DNA of 64,000 bases from Burkholderiales bacterium (GTDB lineage: Bacteria; Pseudomonadota; Gammaproteobacteria; Burkholderiales; SG8-39): NCBI GenBank assembly GCA_014860445.1, contig JACZJT010000017.1:16596-80595 (forward strand), in the 5' to 3' direction. The position numbers and the translations under genes are program-made. How positions within the stretch are numbered: the stretch's first letter is position 1; each line of letters starts with the position of its first letter. Below, in pieces: positions 48,838 through 58,355 of this stretch. The notes below the pieces were generated by a model that saw nothing but the letters and a program-made list of their open reading frames with translations, was not told the DNA's origin and ran no database searches.

Positions 48838-51134
48838 GCGGGGCTCTGCGCTGCGCGCAATGCGCGCCAAAGCTTCTCGCGGGTCGCCGGCATGTCGATG
48901 TGCTTGAGCCCGGTCGCCGCATACAGCGCATCGACCACGGCGTTGATCACGGCCGGCGGTGCGCCCACCGCGCCGGCCTCGCCCGCACCCTTCACACCGA
49001 GTGGATTGCTGGTGCCGGGGCTATGGTGAAAACCGCAGTCAAACGAAGGCACGTCGTCCGCGCGCGGCATGGCGTAATCCATGAACGAGCCGCTGAGCAG
49101 TTGCCCCGACTCCACATCGTAGTGCGCCACCTCCAGCAAGGCCTGTCCGATGCCCTGTACCGTGCCACCATGCACCTGGCCCTCGAGCAACAGCGGGTTG
49201 ATCGCGCGCCCGAAGTCGTCGACGACGCTGTAGCGCACGATGCGCACCTCCCCCGTTTCGGTGTCGACTTCGAGTTCACATACGTGGCAGCCGTTGGGAT
49301 AGGTGAACGCTTCCGGGGTGCGCGTGTGCGTGGCTCCGAGTCCGTCGCCGTGCTTCGCCACTTCGAACAGCGACACGGCGCGGTCGGTGCCCGCGATGCG
49401 GTATTCCCCGTCGCGGTATTCGATATCGGCCGGCGCCGCCTCGAGCAGGCCGGCCGCAGCGTCCCTGCCCTTGTCGATCACTTCGTCGGCGGCGCTCATG
49501 GCGGCGACGCCGCCGATCGCGAGAAAGCGCGAGCCTCCGGTTAGTCCCGATGGCACGACGTCGGTGTCGCCCTGCACCACGCGGATTCGGCTTGCGTCCA
49601 GCCCGAGCCGGTCCGACAGCAGCTGCACGAACGTCGTGACGTGGCCCTGGCCGTTGTCCTGCATGCCTGAAAACAGCGTGACGCTGCCCGCAGGGTCGAC
49701 TTTGAGAATGACGGTATCGCCTTCGCCGCCACCGCAGCGTTCGATATACATGGCGAGGCCGATGCCGCGCAGCTTGCCCTGCAGTTTCGACTCTGCGCGC
49801 CGCGCGGCGAAGCCCGCCCAATCAGCCCTCTGCATCGCGCGCTCCATCACGCCCGCGAAATCACCGGAGTCATAGAGGCTTTCCACCGGCGTCTGATACG
49901 GCAAGTCTGCAGGCCTGACGAAATTGCGCCGGCGCAGTTCGTCGGGCGCGAGCCCGAGTTCGCGCGCCGCAACGTCGATGACACGCTCGACCAGATAGAT
50001 CGCCTCGGGCCGGCCGGCGCCGCGATATGCGTCCACCGGCACGGTATTGGTGACCACGCCGCGTATGTTGGCGTAGATGGACGGGATGCGGTACACCCCG
50101 GAGAGCATGGGCACGGCGAGCTGGGGAATGAAAGGCGCGTAGTTGGAAAGATACGCGCCCATGTTGGCATTTGTGGTGACGCGCAGCGCAAGAAACCGCC
50201 CTTCCGCGTCCAGTCCGAGTTCGGCTACGGAAACGTTGTCGCGGCCCTGCACGTCCGAGATAAAACTCTCGCTGCGATCGGCGGTCCAGCGCACCGCGCG
50301 CTTGAGCCGGCGCGAGGCCCACACCACCAGGGGCTGCTCCGGATGCAGGAATATCTTCATGCCGAAGCCGCCGCCGACATTGCCCGAAATCACGCGCAAC
50401 TGGTCCTTGTCGATCTTGAGCACGGCCTCGGCGATTTGGCCGTGAATGACGTGCGGCCCCTGACTCGGCGTGTAAAGCGTGGAGCGTCCCGTCGTCGTAT
50501 CGAAATCCGCCAGGGCCGCTCGCGGCTCGATTGGATTGGCGATGACGCGGTTGTTGACGAGCTCGAGCCGGGTAATATGTGCGGCGCGCGCGAGGGCCGC
50601 CTCGACTTCAGCCTTGTCCGACCCGGCACCGAGGTCGAAGCAAAGATTGCCGGCGATGTGATCCCAGGCGAGCGGCGCGCCCGGCAGCACGGCGCCCTTC
50701 GTATCGACTGCCGCGGGCAGCGACTCGTACTCGATCGCGATCAGTTCGGCCGCGTCCTTCGCCTGCTCCAGTGTCTCGGCGACCACCAGCGCGACCGGGT
50801 CGCCGACGTGACGCACGCGTTTCCCGGCCAGCACCGGGCGCGGCGTGTCCGCGCGCTGCGTACCGTCGATATTGGTCACCGGGATCAGACAGGGAATCTC
50901 GCCCAGCCCGTCGGCCTCCGCGTCCGCGGCACTCAGCACGGCGAGCACGCCGGGGGCTGCGCGCGCCGTTGCGGTATCCATGCCGAGGATCGCTGCGTGC
51001 GCGTAGGGCGAGCGCAGCACGTAGGCGTGCGCCGCTCCGGCGAGCGCGATATCGTCGGTATAGCGCCCGGCGCCCTGCACGAGCGCGGCGTCTTCGATGC
51101 GGGTGACCGACTGGCCTAGGGCGAATTTGGACAT
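48834..51134 (-). CDS. xanthine dehydrogenase / aldehyde oxidase family molybdopterin-binding subunit
   Basis: 766 aa. It has an a/b-hammerhead opening ([23 protein letters not shown]), the GGGFGMK motif and C-terminal MoCo-binding domains. The 3' end overlaps the convergent tctB by 4 nt. Confidence 0.88.
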   Translation of the reverse strand: MSKFALGQSVTRIEDAALVQGAGRYTDDIALAGAAHAYVLRSPYAHAAILGMDTATARAAPGVLAVLSAADAEADGLGEIPCLIPVTNIDGTQRADTPRPVLAGKRVRHVGDPVALVVAETLEQAKDAAELIAIEYESLPAAVDTKGAVLPGAPLAWDHIAGNLCFDLGAGSDKAEVEAALARAAHITRLELVNNRVIANPIEPRAALADFDTTTGRSTLYTPSQGPHVIHGQIAEAVLKIDKDQLRVISGNVGGGFGMKIFLHPEQPLVVWASRRLKRAVRWTADRSESFISDVQGRDNVSVAELGLDAEGRFLALRVTTNANMGAYLSNYAPFIPQLAVPMLSGVYRIPSIYANIRGVVTNTVPVDAYRGAGRPEAIYLVERVIDVAARELGLAPDELRRRNFVRPADLPYQTPVESLYDSGDFAGVMERAMQRADWAGFAARRAESKLQGKLRGIGLAMYIERCGGGEGDTVILKVDPAGSVTLFSGMQDNGQGHVTTFVQLLSDRLGLDASRIRVVQGDTDVVPSGLTGGSRFLAIGGVAAMSAADEVIDKGRDAAAGLLEAAPADIEYRDGEYRIAGTDRAVSLFEVAKHGDGLGATHTRTPEAFTYPNGCHVCELEVDTETGEVRIVRYSVVDDFGRAINPLLLEGQVHGGTVQGIGQALLEVAHYDVESGQLLSGSFMDYAMPRADDVPSFDCGFHHSPGTSNPLGVKGAGEAGAVGAPPAVINAVVDALYAATGLKHIDMPATREKLWRALRAAQSPA

Positions 51135-51196
51135 GTGGGCAGACTCGATGCGGAAGGCATGGGGCAGATGCGCGCGATTCTACCCCTGTATTTCGC

Positions 51197-52861
51197 TCAG
51201 CTTCCGAAGCCGTCGGCGACCATCACTTCGATCAGGCGCGTGCCGCCCGCCTGCATCGCGGCACGCAGCGCAGGCGCGAAGCCTTGCGGTTCCGTCACGC
51301 GCTCCGCCGGCACGCCCATCGAACGAGCCATCGCGGTAAAGTCGATTTCTGGATCGCGTATGTCCATGCCGGTAAACCGGTCGGTCGCGCGCATGGACAC
51401 CAGCCTTTCCTTGAGGATGCGGTAGCTGCGGTTGTTGGCGACGACATAGGTAATCGGCAGCTTCAGATGCGCCGCGGTCCATAGCGCCTGCACCCCGTAC
51501 ATCATGCTGCCGTCGCCGATGATCGCCACCACCGGCCGCCCCGGCTGGGCCAGGCTGACTCCCACTGCGCCGGGCACGCCGAAGCCGAGGCCGCCGCTCG
51601 AGAGTCCGTAATAGCAGCGTCGATCGCGCAAATGCATGAACGCCGGCAACATGGTCGTGGACGTCAGCGCCTCTTCCACCACGATTGCATCCTGCGGCAG
51701 CGTTTCACTGAGCGAAAGCATCAGGTAGCGCGGATCGATCGGCTTCGTTTCGGCGGCAGACAGAAGCTCGGCGCGCGCCTGTTCGCGCTGCGCCGTCCAA
51801 TTGCGCAATTTGAGTGCGTCGAGCCGGCCGCGGGCCGCTTCGGCCTGGGCGCCGCTGCGCCGCTCGCGCAGCAGTGGCAAAAGGGCGCGCAGCGTCTCCT
51901 TCACATTCGCGCGCAGCGCCAATTCGGTCGGGTAGTTCTTGCCCAGTTCCCAATCGCGTTCGCTGATATGCACCACCGGCATGCCTTCGGGCAGCGGCGC
52001 GACCGGGCTGTAGACCGACATGCGCAACAGGTCCGCTCCCAGGCACAGCAACAGGTCGTAGGGTTCCAACGCGGCGCGCACCTGCTTTTGGGTGCGCGTC
52101 AACGCGCCCAGATAAGCCGGATGCGCGCTCGGAAACTGCGCGCAATAGTGAATCGGCTGCTGATACACGGCGGCGCCGAGCAACTCGGCAAGCTCGGCCG
52201 CTTCGGCGAACGCGTCGTGAATTGCGAGTTCCTGGCCCGCGACGATCACCGGATTCTTGGAGGCCAGCAGCTTTGCAGCAAGCTGCGCCAGCGCCTCGTC
52301 CGACGGCCGTACCCGTGCGTCCACCCGGGTCGGCTTGCCGAAATCAAGCTCCGCCTCGGCATCCAGCACGTCGCCCGGCAGACTGATGAATACCGGCCCC
52401 GTGGGCGGGGTCAGCGCCACCTTGGCTGCGCGGCGCAAAATGCGCGGCAGGTCTTCGACGCGCGTGACTTCGACCGCCCACTTGACCATGGGCTGCGCGA
52501 TCGGCACCAGCGGATCGTAGAGCAGCGGTTCGAGCAGTCCGTGCCCCTGCTCCTGCTGGCCGCAGGTCACGATCAAGGGCGACCCGGAGAATTTGGCATT
52601 GTAGAGGGCGCCCATCGCATTCCCCAGGCCCGGGGCCACATGCAGGCTGCAGGCCGCAAGCCGTCCGGACGCTCGCGCGTAACCGTCGGCCATGCCAACG
52701 ACCACGGCCTCCTGCAGTCCGAGCACGTACTTGAGCTCGGGAAAATCCGGCACCACTTCCATCAGCGGCAATTCGGTGGTGCCCGGATTGCCGAACAAAT
52801 GACTCACGCCCTCGTCGACGAGGAGTTTCAGAAATGCCGTGCGGCCGCTCAGCTTCGCCAT
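51197..52861 (-). CDS. thiamine-diphosphate enzyme, benzoylformate decarboxylase-like
   Basis: 554 aa. VSHLFGNPGTTELPLM...LGLQEAVVVGMADGYARASG...GLGNAMGALYNAKFSGSPLIVTCGQQ is present, plus the ThDP motif IIGDGSMMY...NN. Confidence 0.88.
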   Translation of the reverse strand: MAKLSGRTAFLKLLVDEGVSHLFGNPGTTELPLMEVVPDFPELKYVLGLQEAVVVGMADGYARASGRLAACSLHVAPGLGNAMGALYNAKFSGSPLIVTCGQQEQGHGLLEPLLYDPLVPIAQPMVKWAVEVTRVEDLPRILRRAAKVALTPPTGPVFISLPGDVLDAEAELDFGKPTRVDARVRPSDEALAQLAAKLLASKNPVIVAGQELAIHDAFAEAAELAELLGAAVYQQPIHYCAQFPSAHPAYLGALTRTQKQVRAALEPYDLLLCLGADLLRMSVYSPVAPLPEGMPVVHISERDWELGKNYPTELALRANVKETLRALLPLLRERRSGAQAEAARGRLDALKLRNWTAQREQARAELLSAAETKPIDPRYLMLSLSETLPQDAIVVEEALTSTTMLPAFMHLRDRRCYYGLSSGGLGFGVPGAVGVSLAQPGRPVVAIIGDGSMMYGVQALWTAAHLKLPITYVVANNRSYRILKERLVSMRATDRFTGMDIRDPEIDFTAMARSMGVPAERVTEPQGFAPALRAAMQAGGTRLIEVMVADGFGS

Positions 52862-52863
52862 GA

Positions 52864-54027
52864 TCAGAACGAGCGCGGCATGCCAAGCACATGCTCACCG
52901 ACGTAGGACAGGATCAGGTTGGTCGAAATCGGTGCGATCAAGTACAGCCGCGTCTCGCGGAATTTGCGCTCGACGTCGTATTCGCAGGCAAAGCCGTAGC
53001 CGCCATGGGTCTGCAGGCAGATATTGGCGGCCTCGAACGAGGCCTTGGCCGCAAGATGCTTCGCCATGTTGGCCTCTGCGCCGCAGGGCTGGTGCTGATC
53101 GAACAATCCGCAGGCCTTCCAGCGCATCAGGTTCGCGGCCTCGGTCTCCATATAGGCTTCCGCAATCGGGAATTGCACGCCCTGGTTCTGCCCGATGGGC
53201 CGGTCGAACACGACCCGCTCCTTTGCGTAGGCGCTCGCGCGGTTGACGAACCAGTATGCGTCGCCTATGCATTCGGCCGCAATCAGGATGCGCTCCGCGT
53301 TCAGGCCGTCGAGAATGTATTTGAATCCCCTGCCCTCTTCGCCGATCAGGTTTTCCGCCGGAATCTCCAGATTGTCGAAGAACAGCTCGCAGGTATCGTG
53401 GCTGACCATATTGCGTATCGGTTGCAGCGTAAGCCCCTTGCCGATGGCCTCGCGCAAATCGACGATGAATATCGACATGCCTTCGGACTTGCGCTTTACC
53501 TCGGCAACCGGCGTCGTGCGCGCGAGCAGGATCATCAGATCGGAATGCTGAATGCGCGAAATCCACACCTTCTGCCCGTTGACGACGTAGCGGTCGCCCT
53601 TCTTGACGGCCGTGGTCTTGAGTTTGGTGGTATCGGTGCCCGTGGTCGGCTCGGTCACGCCCATGGACTGCAGCCGCAATTCGCCCGACGCGATCTTGGG
53701 CAGGTATTTGCGTTTCTGCGCTTCGGAGCCGTGGCGCAACAGCGTGCCCATGTTGTACATCTGGCCGTGACAGGTGCCGGAATTGCCGCCGCACAGATTG
53801 ATTTCTTCCATGATCACCGAGGCTTGCGCAAGTCCCAGGCCAGAGCCGCCGTATTCCTGCGGAATCAAGGCTGCCAGCCAGCCGGCTTTGGTCAGCGCGT
53901 CGATGAACTCCACCGGAAATTCGCGCGCGTAATCGAGCTTGCGCCAGTATTCGTCGGGAAAGCCGCGGCAAAGATCGCGCAGCGCTTCGCGCAGCTCCTG
54001 GTGTTGATCGGGAGCGGGAATGTCCAT
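52864..54027 (-). CDS. acyl-CoA dehydrogenase
   Basis: 387 aa. GVTEPTTGTDT, the FAD/substrate domains and the C-terminal HGGYGFACEYDVERKFRETRLYLIAPISTNL are present. Its stop is 2 nt before the ThDP gene start. Confidence 0.9.
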   Translation of the reverse strand: MDIPAPDQHQELREALRDLCRGFPDEYWRKLDYAREFPVEFIDALTKAGWLAALIPQEYGGSGLGLAQASVIMEEINLCGGNSGTCHGQMYNMGTLLRHGSEAQKRKYLPKIASGELRLQSMGVTEPTTGTDTTKLKTTAVKKGDRYVVNGQKVWISRIQHSDLMILLARTTPVAEVKRKSEGMSIFIVDLREAIGKGLTLQPIRNMVSHDTCELFFDNLEIPAENLIGEEGRGFKYILDGLNAERILIAAECIGDAYWFVNRASAYAKERVVFDRPIGQNQGVQFPIAEAYMETEAANLMRWKACGLFDQHQPCGAEANMAKHLAAKASFEAANICLQTHGGYGFACEYDVERKFRETRLYLIAPISTNLILSYVGEHVLGMPRSF

Positions 54028-54242
54028 GATGTTGTTCTCCGGAAATACCTTGTTGAGATAGACGACAGCAAGCGGATCGGCTGCGCTCCGGAGGCAGAAG
54101 ATGCAACCTCCCTGCGGTGTTGGCTGCTTCTTGGTGTCTCTGGCGCGCGACTTGGTTGCGCCAAGATAGGGTCGTATTCATAATACCCAACGATGCAGAA
54201 CTAGACAATGACCCAGAACAAACCGGACAGGAAAAGCAGATC

Positions 54243-55031
54243 ATGGAATTCAAGAACATCCTCTACACCGAACAGGCCGGTGTCGCGACCATCACCATCA
54301 ACCGGCCGAAGGTCTACAACGCTTTCGACAGCGGCACCTGCGAAGAACTGATCCAGGCGTTCGGAAAGGCGGGATGGAACCGCGATATCGGCGTCGTCGT
54401 ACTCACCGGCGCCGGCGACAAGGCGTTCTGCACCGGGGGAGACCAAAGCGCCGATGCCGAGGACGGCGGCTACGGCGGGCGCGGCACCATCGGCCTTCCG
54501 GTGGAAGAGCTGCAGAGCATTATCCGCGACATTCCCAAGCCGGTGATCGCGCGCGTCAACGGTTACGCCATCGGCGGCGGCAACGTGCTCGTGACGCTGT
54601 GCGATCTTGCGATCGCCTCGGACAAGGCGCAGTTCGGCCAGGTCGGTCCCAAGGTAGGCTCGGTCGACCCCGGATTCGGTACTGCCTTGCTCGCGCGCGT
54701 CGTGGGCGAGAAGAAAGCGCGCGAAATCTGGTACCTGTGCCGACGCTACAGTGCGCAGGAGGCCCTGGGCATGGGCCTGGTCAACGCCGTGGTGCCCCAC
54801 GACGCCCTCGATGCGGAAGTCGCGAAGTGGTGCGCCGAGATACTGCAGATGAGCCCGACGGCGATCGCGCTGGCGAAGCGCTCTTTCAACGTCGACACCG
54901 AAATGATCCGGGGCATTTCCTCGTTTGCGATGCAGGCTCTGAAACTCTACTACGACACGGACGAATCGAAGGAAGGCGGCAACGCATTTCGCGAAAAGCG
55001 CAAACCCGATTTCCGCAAATACGCGAAGTGA
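54243..55031 (+). CDS. crotonase-superfamily enzyme of the MenB / BadI subfamily (naphthoate synthase or 2-ketocyclohexanecarboxyl-CoA hydrolase-like)
   Basis: ORF 54117..55031 trimmed to MEFKNILYTEQAGVATITINRP. Subfamily hallmarks are AFCTGGDQS, GYAIGGGNVL, FGQVGPKVGSVDPGFG, KKAREIWYLCRRYSAQEA and the tail FREKRKPDFRKY. Confidence 0.85.
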   Translation: MEFKNILYTEQAGVATITINRPKVYNAFDSGTCEELIQAFGKAGWNRDIGVVVLTGAGDKAFCTGGDQSADAEDGGYGGRGTIGLPVEELQSIIRDIPKPVIARVNGYAIGGGNVLVTLCDLAIASDKAQFGQVGPKVGSVDPGFGTALLARVVGEKKAREIWYLCRRYSAQEALGMGLVNAVVPHDALDAEVAKWCAEILQMSPTAIALAKRSFNVDTEMIRGISSFAMQALKLYYDTDESKEGGNAFREKRKPDFRKYAK

Positions 55032-55170
55032 ACATTGACGCGAAGTGAAGATTGCGCAGAACCACAGCGATGCCGATATTTGGCAGGCGGCGCATCGCGA
55101 GGCACGAGCCTTTAAGCAGCCCGCGGTAGGGTCACCCGCGGGCGGTCCCTATAGTGCGGTCCCTAAATAA

Positions 55171-55200
55171 AAAAAGCCGGGCTGAGCGCCCGGCTTTTCT
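55171..55200 (-). terminator. intrinsic terminator after the cold-shock gene
   Basis: On the minus strand, agaaaagccgggcg-cuca-gcccggc is followed by uuuuuuu. Confidence 0.7.
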
Positions 55201-55218
55201 AAAGGGAAACTGGTCTGG

Positions 55219-55422
55219 TCAAGCGGCTTGAATCTTCGCGGCCTGCTTGCCTTTTTTACCGTCTACGATCTCGAAGGAAACTTTCTGTCCTTCTTTGAGA
55301 GTTTTGAAGCCCTGCATGTTGATTTCAGAGAAATGTGCGAACAGATCTTCGCCGCCGCCATCCGGGGTAATAAAGCCAAAGCCCTTCGAGTCGTTAAACC
55401 ATTTCACTGTACCGGTTGCCAT
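55219..55422 (-). CDS. CspA-family cold-shock protein
   Basis: 67 aa. [32 protein letters not shown] carries the RNP1 and RNP2 motifs. Confidence 0.95.
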   Translation of the reverse strand: MATGTVKWFNDSKGFGFITPDGGGEDLFAHFSEINMQGFKTLKEGQKVSFEIVDGKKGKQAAKIQAA

Positions 55423-55546
55423 GTTGCGTTCCTTTAAAAAATGAGAATTTCGGGACTATCCCGATGAATGTTTGAATCTCAAGACTGAAAAGGACGTACC
55501 GCTCAGGGAACCGCTCTCAAGCACTTGAAACTAAACACTTGTGCGC

Positions 55547-55575
55547 GTTATACCTGCTAAATGCCCCCCCGTCAA
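55547..55575 (-). promoter_or_regulatory. candidate sigma70 promoter of the cold-shock gene with a long (about 115 nt) leader
   Basis: Minus strand reads TTGACG-17 nt-TATAAC. A long 5' UTR is typical of cspA-type genes. Confidence 0.45.
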
Positions 55576-55670
55576 GAGGGGCATCAAAGTCGCTGAACCG
55601 TCAGGCTGGTATCTAGCTCACAAACTGAAATCCGCGCCTCTAGGCACGTGTCCTGCAAAGCGCTGGCGGC

Positions 55671-56225
55671 TCAAACCCGCCGCTTGTATTCACCGGTGCG
55701 GGTATCGATCTCGATCTTGTCGCCCGTGGCGCAGAACAGTGGAACCTGCACCGAAAAACCGGTGTTGATTTTCGCCGGTTTGAGCACCTTCCCGGAGGTG
55801 TCGCCGCGTATCGCCGGCTCGGTGTAGATAATTTCGCGTACCACCGTATTGGGCAATTCGACCGAAATCGCGCGTTCGTCGTAGAACACGACCTCGCACT
55901 GCATTCCGTCCTCGAGGAAGTTGATCCCCTCACCCATGTTTTCTTTTTCCACTTCGAACTGGTTGTACTCCTCGTCCATGAACACATACATCGGATCGGC
56001 AAAGTACGAGTAGGTGGACGACTTGCGCTCGAGCACGACGACATCGAATTTTTCGTCGGCCTTGTACACGTTCTCGCTGATCGATTCGGAGAGCAGGTTC
56101 TTCAGTTTCATTTTTACCACCGACGCGTTGCGGCCGGATTTGCTGAATTCGGCCTTCTGCACCACCATCGGGTCACTGCCGAGCATGATCACGTTGCCCG
56201 CGCGGAGTTCTTGTGCGATTTTCAT
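55671..56225 (-). CDS. efp: elongation factor P (Arg32 type)
   Basis: 184 aa. [44 protein letters not shown] has loop residue 32 as Arg (KSGRN), the EarP-modified type. Confidence 0.95.
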   Translation of the reverse strand: MKIAQELRAGNVIMLGSDPMVVQKAEFSKSGRNASVVKMKLKNLLSESISENVYKADEKFDVVVLERKSSTYSYFADPMYVFMDEEYNQFEVEKENMGEGINFLEDGMQCEVVFYDERAISVELPNTVVREIIYTEPAIRGDTSGKVLKPAKINTGFSVQVPLFCATGDKIEIDTRTGEYKRRV

Positions 56226-56313
56226 ATCCGTAGTCCTAGACTGTTTGAGTTATCCGTAGCTTTGACCGAACGAAGGGAAATATCACCCCGTTCGCGGCGA
56301 GCTATAAAGCTTT

Positions 56314-57459
56314 CTATTTTAACAAATTTTCGCAAAACTGCGCAAGATTGTTCGCAAGATTGCCGCCTGCCGCCAGCTTTTCGGACCAACGCCGGGCATG
56401 CGCATCGAGTACGGGCCGGTGCCGCCAGAATTCCGGCCAGACCGATTCGACCCCGGCAGCGTCGCCCCGGTTCCAAGCCTGCCAAAAGCGCGTCAGGGCG
56501 GCGGCGGTCTCAGGCGGCAGGCCGGCGCAGTACAGATCGAGAAAAGCCTGCAGTTTGGGCAAATGCACGCCTTCGGCCTGCGGGTAGATCTGCCAGAGCA
56601 TCGGCCGTGCCGCCCACTGTCCGCGGACGAATGAATCCTCTCCGCGTACCAGGTTCAGGTCGCAGGCCCACAACAGACGATCGTATCGATCCTGATCGAG
56701 AAACGGAAAAATCCGGACTTCGAGTCCGGCCTTGCGCAGGACGGTGCCGGGCGCGAGCGCGTCGGTATCAAAGAATGCGCTCAAGGCCGCGCTCGCGATG
56801 CCCTCCGGAACCAGGCAACGCAAGGGCGCACCGCCGGCGGCCCAGGCCCGTAGCAATCCGCCCACCCCGCCATCCGGATAACAGAACATTGAAACCTGTG
56901 TTTCGCCCGCGCGTGGCGCGGGAAGACCCAAATCCTCCCAGAAGCGCGCCTGCTCGACCGCAGCGTTCTGAAATCGTCCGCGCGCTTCGAGCAAACCCGG
57001 CTCCGCGAGCAAACCTCCGGTCGCTTCGTCGAATCCGGGAAAAAAGAAATATTTCACCAATGGAAGGGAAGGATGCGGCGAAGGCAGACCGTGACAGCCC
57101 AGCACCCAGTTCTCGGCGCTCAGGAATTCGAGGTTGATCCACACCGGCTTGGACTGCCGCCGCGCCATCGCCGCGACATAGCTTGCGGGCGGATCGCAGG
57201 CGAAAGCTTCGATCACCACATCCGCGGGTTCGGCTGCGGGGAATGGCTCGCGCCACCAGCGGATTTCCACGCCGCGGCTGGTCTGTGCGTCCACGCCACA
57301 GGCGATGTCCGGACAAATCCTGCGGAAGCTGGCGAGATCGTCTATCCAGAGGCGCACACGCCGGCTCCGGTCCAGGGCCAACTGGCGCGCCAGGCGCCAG
57401 CAAACCCCGATGTCACCGTAGTTGTCGACCACGGTGCAGAAAATGTCCCAGCTGCGCAT
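56314..57459 (-). CDS. earP: EF-P arginine-32 rhamnosyltransferase
   Basis: 381 aa. MRSWDIFCTVVDNYGDIGVCWRLARQLA is the EarP (DUF2331) N-terminal signature. It lies directly upstream of efp. Confidence 0.85.
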   Translation of the reverse strand: MRSWDIFCTVVDNYGDIGVCWRLARQLALDRSRRVRLWIDDLASFRRICPDIACGVDAQTSRGVEIRWWREPFPAAEPADVVIEAFACDPPASYVAAMARRQSKPVWINLEFLSAENWVLGCHGLPSPHPSLPLVKYFFFPGFDEATGGLLAEPGLLEARGRFQNAAVEQARFWEDLGLPAPRAGETQVSMFCYPDGGVGGLLRAWAAGGAPLRCLVPEGIASAALSAFFDTDALAPGTVLRKAGLEVRIFPFLDQDRYDRLLWACDLNLVRGEDSFVRGQWAARPMLWQIYPQAEGVHLPKLQAFLDLYCAGLPPETAAALTRFWQAWNRGDAAGVESVWPEFWRHRPVLDAHARRWSEKLAAGGNLANNLAQFCENLLK

Positions 57460-57526
57460 CGACTTTCAGACCATAAGAATGACGGGCCGGCGACGGACCC
57501 GGACCGACGCGATTATGCGCCCGGCA

Positions 57527-57554
57527 CAAAAGAAACGGGGCGCTCGCGCGCCCC
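57527..57554 (-). terminator. intrinsic terminator ending the CHAT / cyclase / FecR-like operon
   Basis: On the minus strand, ggggcgc-gcga-gcgcccc is followed by guuucuuuu, about 25 nt after the stop at 57579. Confidence 0.65.
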
Positions 57555-57578
57555 TGATCCTGCCTGGCCCCTGATGGG

Positions 57579-58235
57579 CTAGATGCGGCTTTTCACGTAG
57601 GCCGCCAATTCCTTCGCTTCCACGTTATCCGGCTGGCGCTTGAGCATCTCGTCGGTTACCGTTTTCATTTCATCGTATAGGAGGTGGTCCTGCAGCACTG
57701 TATAAAAGTAGAGCTCAGGCGTGATGTCTTCGGGCGTCGCTTTCTGCCGCATCTGGGTATAGACCACTTTCGCCTGGCTTACTTCGGCCTGCTGTTCGGA
57801 TGACAGTCGACCGGGCTTGCCCCCACCGCGCACGGCGATACCACCCGAGCGGCCCAGCTTGGCGATCTGCACCAGATTGGGCACCTGCGCGATTTTCTGC
57901 GCCACACCGGACGGCAGTTGCGTCGCCTGCGCGGCCTGACCGCTGAGGGCTTCGCTTTGCTGGGTGCCAGCCTTGAAACTCGCCGGACCTTTCCAGGTTT
58001 CCTGACGACTGCCGTTGAAATACACCATCCGCAGCTGCGCGCCGGCTGGCAGCGTAAACCGGTCGCCCTGGCGCACCTTCATGTACGGCTGCGCCTTGGA
58101 CTCGGTTCCGCCCCTGCCCGCGTAACTCACCTCACCCGACAGCTGATTGATCAGACCTACATCGCTGGACTGGGCGTTAGCTCCCAGCGCCACGCCCAGG
58201 AGCAGAGCCGCAGAAATCGATTTCAGCAGTTTCAT
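57579..58235 (-). CDS. secreted FecR-like protein of unknown function
   Basis: 218 aa. Signal peptide MKLLKSISAALLLGVALGANA. The segment VRQGDRFTLPAGAQLRMVYFNGSRQETWKGPASFKAG resembles the FecR beta-sandwich pattern (GD..T..ga...l.f.dGs). The C-terminal third is helical and TPR-like. Confidence 0.6.
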   Translation of the reverse strand: MKLLKSISAALLLGVALGANAQSSDVGLINQLSGEVSYAGRGGTESKAQPYMKVRQGDRFTLPAGAQLRMVYFNGSRQETWKGPASFKAGTQQSEALSGQAAQATQLPSGVAQKIAQVPNLVQIAKLGRSGGIAVRGGGKPGRLSSEQQAEVSQAKVVYTQMRQKATPEDITPELYFYTVLQDHLLYDEMKTVTDEMLKRQPDNVEAKELAAYVKSRI

Positions 58236-58355
58236 ATGGATACCTCGTTCAGTGTGCCGCTATATGTTTAGTCTTGATTCCGGGAAAGCAGATTTTCTAC
58301 TTTATTCCGCTTTATACCCGTTTCACAGGTATTTTGTCACACTGGAGGGCCAGCT

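Noticed and set aside
52891-54259. Two long alternative-frame ORFs (430 aa plus strand, 454 aa minus strand) over the ACAD gene
   Set aside because: The 387-aa minus-strand frame 52864..54027 has full acyl-CoA dehydrogenase motifs. The others have none.
54243-55031. MenB as evidence of a menaquinone pathway
   Set aside because: No other men genes are nearby, and the window carries ubiquinone gene ubiG. The catabolic context (ACAD, ThDP enzyme) makes a BadI-like hydrolase or other MenB-family role at least as likely, so I named only the subfamily.
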